Positions 47,079 to 52,311 of a stretch of 52,311 nucleotides of DNA are shown here, one piece after another. Source of the DNA: Acidobacteriota bacterium (GTDB lineage: Bacteria; Acidobacteriota; Thermoanaerobaculia; UBA5066; Gp7-AA6); the NCBI GenBank assembly GCA_046724475.1, contig JBKOVK010000317.1, forward strand, positions 1-52,311, given 5' to 3'. Position 1 is the stretch's first letter; every line of letters starts with the position of its first letter. Made by a program: the position numbers and the translations under genes. The notes below the pieces were generated by a model. It was given only the letters and a program-made list of their open reading frames with translations, was not told the DNA's origin and ran no database searches.

Positions 47079-48281
47079 ATGATGAAGTGGCTGCGCGGCG
47101 CCTCGAGGCTCGCTCCAGTCGTCGAGCACGGGGGTCACGCGGCCTCTCCGTTGTCCGCGCTCTGGACGTTCCCCGCGATGATCGCGGCTGCGTTCGTCGT
47201 GGCCTGGGGCGCGGAGGCGGCGGAGTTCCTGATCTCGCAGGGCCTCGCGCTCGCGATCCTGGCCCTGATCCAGACGATGCCGGAGTTTGCGGTCGAGGCC
47301 GTCATCGCATGGAAGGCCGGCAAGAACCCCGACATGGTCCACCTCGCCATTGCCAACTTCACGGGGAGCCTGCGCCTCCTGACCGGATTCGGCTGGCCCA
47401 TGATCTACGCGGTCGCCGCGTTCTCGTCGCGCCAGAAGCGCGGAAGGAAGCTCGGCGCCATCCACCTCCACGACGACCACGCCGTGGAGGTCCTGGGCCT
47501 TCTTCCCCCGCTCCTGTACTTCGTGATCGTCTGGGCCAAGGCCAGCCTCGGTTTGATCGACGCTGCCGTGCTGACGATGACCTACGTGATCTACCTGGTC
47601 GTGCTCCTGCGGCTCCCGCCCCGCGCGGACACCGAGGAGGAAAACGAGGAGATTCCGAGGGTCTCGCGCTGGGCGCTCTCCTTCTCGGGCTGGAAACGCT
47701 GGGCGGCCGTGCTGGGACTCTTCGCCGTCGGCGGAGCCGTCATCTTCGTCGTCGCCGAGCCGTTCTTGAACTCGATGCTCGCCGTCGCGGTGAGCCTCGG
47801 ATTCTCGCAGTTCGTCTTCATCCAGTGGGTCGCCCCCTTCATCTCGGAATTTCCGGAGAAGACCTCGGCGTTCGCGTGGGCCCGCCGCATCACGCGCGCG
47901 CCGGTCGCGCTCATGAACATGGTTTCCTCGAACATCAACCAGTGGGGCGTCCTTTCGGGGCTGCTCGCGGTGATCTACTGTTGGAGCCATGGCGACACGT
48001 CGCCCTTGCCGTTCGACGATTTCCAGAGACTGGAGATCCTTCTGACGATCCTCCAGGCGTTCCTGGGCTGGCTCTTCCTCGCGTCGATGAGCTTCGAGGC
48101 GGTCGAGGCCACCGGCCTCTTCGTGCTCTGGATCGTCCAATTCGCCGTGCCCTCCCTCCGGCACCACATGCTGTGGGTGTACGGCGCCTGGATCGCGCTC
48201 GAGGTCGGCCTCCTCGTCGCCGGAAAGAAGAAGCTGCGGGCCTTCCACGCGTTCGCCCGGTGCTGGCAGGGTCGCGCATGA
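47079..48281 (+). CDS. Ca2+/cation:H+ antiporter (CaCA superfamily)-like membrane protein
   Basis: About 11 TM helices with alpha-repeat-like motifs T.PEF.VE / AN.TGS and SE.PE / SSNINQ. Confidence 0.75.
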   Translation: MMKWLRGASRLAPVVEHGGHAASPLSALWTFPAMIAAAFVVAWGAEAAEFLISQGLALAILALIQTMPEFAVEAVIAWKAGKNPDMVHLAIANFTGSLRLLTGFGWPMIYAVAAFSSRQKRGRKLGAIHLHDDHAVEVLGLLPPLLYFVIVWAKASLGLIDAAVLTMTYVIYLVVLLRLPPRADTEEENEEIPRVSRWALSFSGWKRWAAVLGLFAVGGAVIFVVAEPFLNSMLAVAVSLGFSQFVFIQWVAPFISEFPEKTSAFAWARRITRAPVALMNMVSSNINQWGVLSGLLAVIYCWSHGDTSPLPFDDFQRLEILLTILQAFLGWLFLASMSFEAVEATGLFVLWIVQFAVPSLRHHMLWVYGAWIALEVGLLVAGKKKLRAFHAFARCWQGRA

Positions 48282-49465
48282 GCGGGGCTCGCCTCTCGCG
48301 GCGGATCTCCGCCCTGACACCGTCCTCGACCACGGCCACTGCCAAGAAGGCGCGCGCCCTGGCCGCGTCGGGTGTGGACGTGGTGGATTTCTCGATCGGG
48401 GAGCCCGACTTCGGAACGCCCGACCACGTCGGCCGCGCCGGCATCAAGGCCATCGAGAACGGGCGCACCAAGTACACCGACGTGGCGGGGGAAGCGGCCC
48501 TGCGCGATGCGATCGCCGGGAAATACGTTCGCGAACAGAACGCTCCGGTCCGGCGCGAGAACGTCATCGTCACCGCCGGAGCCAAGCAGGCGGTCTTCAA
48601 CGTCTGTCAGGCGATCTTCGACGAGGGCGACGCGGTGGCGCTATTTTCGCCCTACTGGGTCTCCTTTCCCGAGATGCTGCGATTGACCGGCGCGCGCCCG
48701 GTCCTCGTGGACACGCCGCTGGAGACCGGATGGCACGCCACGGCCGCCGCCCTCGACAAGTCGGCGCCGGGAGTCCGCGGCGTCATCCTCAACACACCGA
48801 ACAATCCGACCGGCGCCGTCGTGGGAGCGGACGAGCTGTCGCGGATCGTCGAATGGTGCGCGGCGCGCGACGCCTGGCTGATCTACGATGAGACGTACGA
48901 CCGATTCGTATACGACGGGAGGCGCCACGCGTCGGCCGCGGCATTGTTCCCGCGGTACGAACGCATCGTCGTCACCGGCGCGGCGTCGAAGACGTTCGCG
49001 ATGACGGGTTGGCGGCTCGGCTGGGCGGTCGGCGCTCCGGCTCTCGTCACGGCGATGGCCTCGTACCAGAGTCACACGACCTCCAACGCCTCCTCGATCT
49101 CGCAGGCGGCGGTGCTCGAAGCTTTGACGGATCTGGAGAGCTCTCGTTCGTCCGTCGACGGGATGCTCGCGCGGTACGTCGCCCGCCGCGCGGTGATGGT
49201 CGACGGACTGTCGGCGGTCCCCGGCCTGCGCTGCCCGATGCCCGAGGGCGCCTTCTACGCGTTTCCCGACGTCTCCGCGCTGTACGCGCGCAAGGGCGTC
49301 GACGGCTCGGTCGGCTTCTGCGACAAACTGCTTTCGGAGGCGCACGTCGCCGTCGTGCCCGGAGACGCCTTCGGCGACGACCGTTGCGTGCGCTTCTCCT
49401 TCTCCAGCAGCCGGGACCGGATCAAAGAGGGCGTGCGGCGCTTCGCCGACTGGGTTTCTGGCTAG
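48278..49465 (+). CDS. Class I/II PLP aminotransferase (aspartate aminotransferase-like)
   Basis: GEPDF.TP, T.Y, GAKQ, PYWVS, P.NPTG, DE.Y, SK.FAMTGWRLG, GAFY.F, VPG.AFG. Confidence 0.93.
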   Translation: MSGARLSRRISALTPSSTTATAKKARALAASGVDVVDFSIGEPDFGTPDHVGRAGIKAIENGRTKYTDVAGEAALRDAIAGKYVREQNAPVRRENVIVTAGAKQAVFNVCQAIFDEGDAVALFSPYWVSFPEMLRLTGARPVLVDTPLETGWHATAAALDKSAPGVRGVILNTPNNPTGAVVGADELSRIVEWCAARDAWLIYDETYDRFVYDGRRHASAAALFPRYERIVVTGAASKTFAMTGWRLGWAVGAPALVTAMASYQSHTTSNASSISQAAVLEALTDLESSRSSVDGMLARYVARRAVMVDGLSAVPGLRCPMPEGAFYAFPDVSALYARKGVDGSVGFCDKLLSEAHVAVVPGDAFGDDRCVRFSFSSSRDRIKEGVRRFADWVSG

Positions 49466-50394
49466 AGAGACGAAGGAGCCGGGGCCGCGACCGTGTAGCG
49501 GATCCGCGCCGTCGCCGCGATGGCATGGCGCGCGCGGCCGTCTAAGAAATCCAGGTAGGACCCCCAGGCGGCGACCCGTACGGCGGATCGGAGCCACAGA
49601 ACGCCGAACTGCAGGATGAGCATCACCAGGATTCCGACGGGTGACACGGCCGGCATCACCCAGACGAGATAGAACGCAACGAGCACGGCGGCGCCTCCCA
49701 GGATCGCCCAGAAGAACCAGAGACCCAGAGCGCGGAGCCACGCACCCGACAGGGCATGCCGGGCGAAGCGGTAGCTCCGGATCGCGCCGAGACCCGCGTA
49801 GCGGCGCGCGGCCCGGGCGAAGTCGTAGAGCAGGGATAGCGCCGCGAAGATGAGGACCACCCCGGCCCAGCAGACCCATCGGAGGGCCGCTATCGAACCC
49901 GCATCGGGCGGCGCGTCCTCGAGGAGCTTGTGCACGCCGAAGGCCGCGCCGAGCCAGATACCGAACGCGATGAACGCCACCAGAACGAAGATCAGGAAGC
50001 ACTTGACGTTGTGCCAGAAGTTCCGCCGCGCGGGCTCCAGGAACTGGCCGAAACCGAACCGCCCTCGTCCGAGGACCGCGACGATTCCTCCCGCGAAGAA
50101 CATCTGCAGCACGACGCCGACGGTCCCCATCCATCCGGCGGTGCGCCGCATGCCCTCGAAGGCCGGCCACTTCTGCTGGACGAGGTCGAAGAAGAGTCCG
50201 GGTGCCTGGGTGGGATTGTTTCGGATGAACGCGTCGCCGGCGAGCGTGCCTCCGACCCATTCCTGCAGAGTGGGAAGCGCCGGCACGGCCGCCGTCCATC
50301 CGATCAGGGCCGTCGTCGCTGCGAGAAGCAGCACCAGCTTGTGGTGCGAGAGGGCCGCGAAACCGGCCGCGATGGGCGCGCGTCTCTGTTCCAT
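49462..50394 (-). CDS. Hypothetical multi-pass membrane protein
   Basis: About 6 TM helices from ATG 50394, overlapping the peptidase stop. The upstream part of ORF 49462..51102 is a shadow frame. Confidence 0.75.
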   Translation of the reverse strand: MEQRRAPIAAGFAALSHHKLVLLLAATTALIGWTAAVPALPTLQEWVGGTLAGDAFIRNNPTQAPGLFFDLVQQKWPAFEGMRRTAGWMGTVGVVLQMFFAGGIVAVLGRGRFGFGQFLEPARRNFWHNVKCFLIFVLVAFIAFGIWLGAAFGVHKLLEDAPPDAGSIAALRWVCWAGVVLIFAALSLLYDFARAARRYAGLGAIRSYRFARHALSGAWLRALGLWFFWAILGGAAVLVAFYLVWVMPAVSPVGILVMLILQFGVLWLRSAVRVAAWGSYLDFLDGRARHAIAATARIRYTVAAPAPSSL

Positions 50395-52311
50395 CACGCC
50401 AGCGCCCACAGCAATTGTGACCAGACGCCCGAGAGCCATGCGATCCAGCCCGTGTACTTGACGACGGCGCGCCTTCCGTACGTATCCGCGGCTCCTTTTC
50501 CCGTACCGAGGACCTTGGAGTTGTTGAGGTAGCTCCAGTCCCAGACGTTCTTCCGGTCCGGATCCACGACCGCGTACGCGAGCTTCGATTTGTAGCTCGG
50601 AATCCGGTAGCGAACCCACTTCGCATCGGCGGGGAGAGTGCGGTCGACGACGACGCCGTTCTCGAAAACGAGGCGGGCTTGCGCTCCGTGCGACCACTCG
50701 CCGACGTTGCCGAAGACGACCGTCGTTTCCCAGGTCCCGGGGGTGTCTTTCTCCTTGTTGCCCTTCTCGTCGAGGGTGACGCGGCCTCCGGGCCGGTCGA
50801 AGACGCCTTCGGGCTCGCGGATGCGCCGGGACCTGGCGGTTGCGACCTTCCAGTCCAGTCGCGACGTGCCCTCGACGATCTGCCGGCGATATTCCGAGAG
50901 GTCCCGCCCGGTCGACTTCTCGAACGCGTCGAAGAAGTCGGATGTGGCGGGGTGACGGAACGACCAGGTCTGGAAGTACGCGCGCTGCGCTCGGGAAAAG
51001 GCCCGCGCTCCGAGGTCGTTCTTCAGCTGCGCCATGAAGAGGCCGACTTTGTAATAGGAGTTGACGCCGTACGAGGTGCCCGAGAAGAAGCACCAGGCGC
51101 ACTTGCGGATCGGGTCGAGGTTGTCAACGTGGGTGTACTCGGCGTGCATGATCGAGATCGAATCCGCGCCGAAGCCGCCCGGAAGATTGATCTCGTCGCG
51201 CGGACCGTAGGCCATCGTCGTCGTGCGATGTTCGGAATCGTCGTTGAGGCCCTCGTCCAGCCAGGATTCCTCGAACTCGTTGGAGCCGACCATTCCGTAC
51301 CAGTACTGGTGCCCGTACTCGTGAATCGTCACGACCTCGACACCGCGGACCTCGGAAAGAGGCCAGCGCGTCATCCACGCGGCGGCGAGACCTCCGGTGA
51401 AGAACGTCGGATACTCCATGCCCTCGGATCCGGTCCCGTCGTCGGGCGGGTCCACGATCGTCAGCGTCTCGTAGGGATAGGCGCCGTACCAGAGCCCGTA
51501 GTACGAGATGGCTTCCTTGGTCGAGCGGATGTAACGGGCGCGCGCTCCCTCGTGCCCGGGCTGGAGAAGGAGGCGCACCGAAATGGGTTTGAGGGCGATC
51601 TCGGCTTCCTTCATGCCGAGCTCCTCCGCGGCCTTCGCGCTCCAGCCGGCCGGAACGTCGCGGGCCGGGTCGAACGGGAACTCGGTCACGAGAAAGCGCG
51701 GATCGGCCGTCCACGCGAAGTCATGCACATCCTTCTGCACGTAGCGGTAGGTGGTGCGGTTGCCCTTGCGCGTCTCGCCGACCCGCTTTCCCGTCGCACC
51801 CACGACGAAGTTGGACGGAACCTCGAAGGAGACATCGAAGTCGCCGAAGTCGGCGTAGAACTCGGAGTCCGCGTGAAAGGCGTGGCAGTTCCAGCCGCCC
51901 GCCGCACGGCCTCGCATCCCGGCCGGCTCGTAGACGCCGATCTTGGGATACCACTGCCCGACCAGGAAGTAGTCCCGGACGAAGCCCGTCCGCGCGAACA
52001 CCCTCGGGAGCTTCGCGCGGAAGGTGATCTCGAGTGTGATTTCTCCGTGCGGCGGGACGGGCGCGGGCAGCGGGACCGCCAGGACCGTCTCGTCCTCGGG
52101 GTTGTTACCGTCGGGCTGGATGAATCGAGCGCCGGGCCGCAAATCCTGGCCGCCCGTCTTCATCGAGAGGACGTCGATCCATCCCCAGTCGTCCCTCTTC
52201 TCGCCCATCCGGTCGCCGCGGAGCTCGCCGCCGGACTCCTGCACGAGGGTCGACTGGGTGTTTTTGAACGCGTTGAGGTACAGGTGGAAGCGCAGCTCCG
52301 CGACCCGGTCG
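50394..52311 (-). CDS. M1 family zinc metalloaminopeptidase (5' end beyond the window)
   Basis: GMEYP exopeptidase motif, HEYGH-x18-E, QWYPK, VHDFAW, Y.K. The frame stays open to the window end (LRFHLYLNAFKN). Confidence 0.92.
   Translation of the reverse strand, partial: DRVAELRFHLYLNAFKNTQSTLVQESGGELRGDRMGEKRDDWGWIDVLSMKTGGQDLRPGARFIQPDGNNPEDETVLAVPLPAPVPPHGEITLEITFRAKLPRVFARTGFVRDYFLVGQWYPKIGVYEPAGMRGRAAGGWNCHAFHADSEFYADFGDFDVSFEVPSNFVVGATGKRVGETRKGNRTTYRYVQKDVHDFAWTADPRFLVTEFPFDPARDVPAGWSAKAAEELGMKEAEIALKPISVRLLLQPGHEGARARYIRSTKEAISYYGLWYGAYPYETLTIVDPPDDGTGSEGMEYPTFFTGGLAAAWMTRWPLSEVRGVEVVTIHEYGHQYWYGMVGSNEFEESWLDEGLNDDSEHRTTTMAYGPRDEINLPGGFGADSISIMHAEYTHVDNLDPIRKCAWCFFSGTSYGVNSYYKVGLFMAQLKNDLGARAFSRAQRAYFQTWSFRHPATSDFFDAFEKSTGRDLSEYRRQIVEGTSRLDWKVATARSRRIREPEGVFDRPGGRVTLDEKGNKEKDTPGTWETTVVFGNVGEWSHGAQARLVFENGVVVDRTLPADAKWVRYRIPSYKSKLAYAVVDPDRKNVWDWSYLNNSKVLGTGKGAADTYGRRAVVKYTGWIAWLSGVWSQLLWALA

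Noticed and set aside
46185-47082. Plus-strand ORFs 46185..46385 and 46252..47082 (an ATG overlaps the AMMECR1 stop)
   Set aside because: Mostly antisense to trmH, with low-complexity basic translations and no other support.
48278-49465. Aminotransferase as the missing GnnB
   Set aside because: Its motifs are class I/II (AspC-like), not the DegT/DnrJ family.

Overview
A GC-rich (roughly 70% by eye), gene-dense core-genome segment of a diderm bacterium. Gene content and order suggest Acidobacteriota, possibly Thermoanaerobaculia-like (inference only). It carries a long envelope/translation cluster (lysS-lolC/E-lolD-clpC-bamA-skp-lpxD-fabZ-lpxA-gnnA-like-mtnP-adenosine kinase-ribH-nusB-transglutaminase-like-leuS-lptE, convergent rpsT) and a complete tolQ-R-A-B-pal-cpoB operon. 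Divergent from tol-pal is an uncharacterised unit: a secreted, circularly permuted SpoIVB-type (S55) serine peptidase, a secreted beta-propeller/FN3 protein and an ATPase-less peptide ABC importer. This is the best candidate for an undescribed system. The right third holds mixed metabolic genes, including an archaeal-type (class II) GAPDH-like gene, a NYN/LOTUS nuclease, a small Zn-finger protein, an orphan AMMECR1 protein and an M1 peptidase/membrane-protein pair. Non-coding signals: many apparently leaderless genes, heptamer tandem arrays at promoters, REP-like palindromes, a structured bamA-skp spacer and a probable CTG start. I saw no rRNA, tRNA, CRISPR array, transposase or phage gene.
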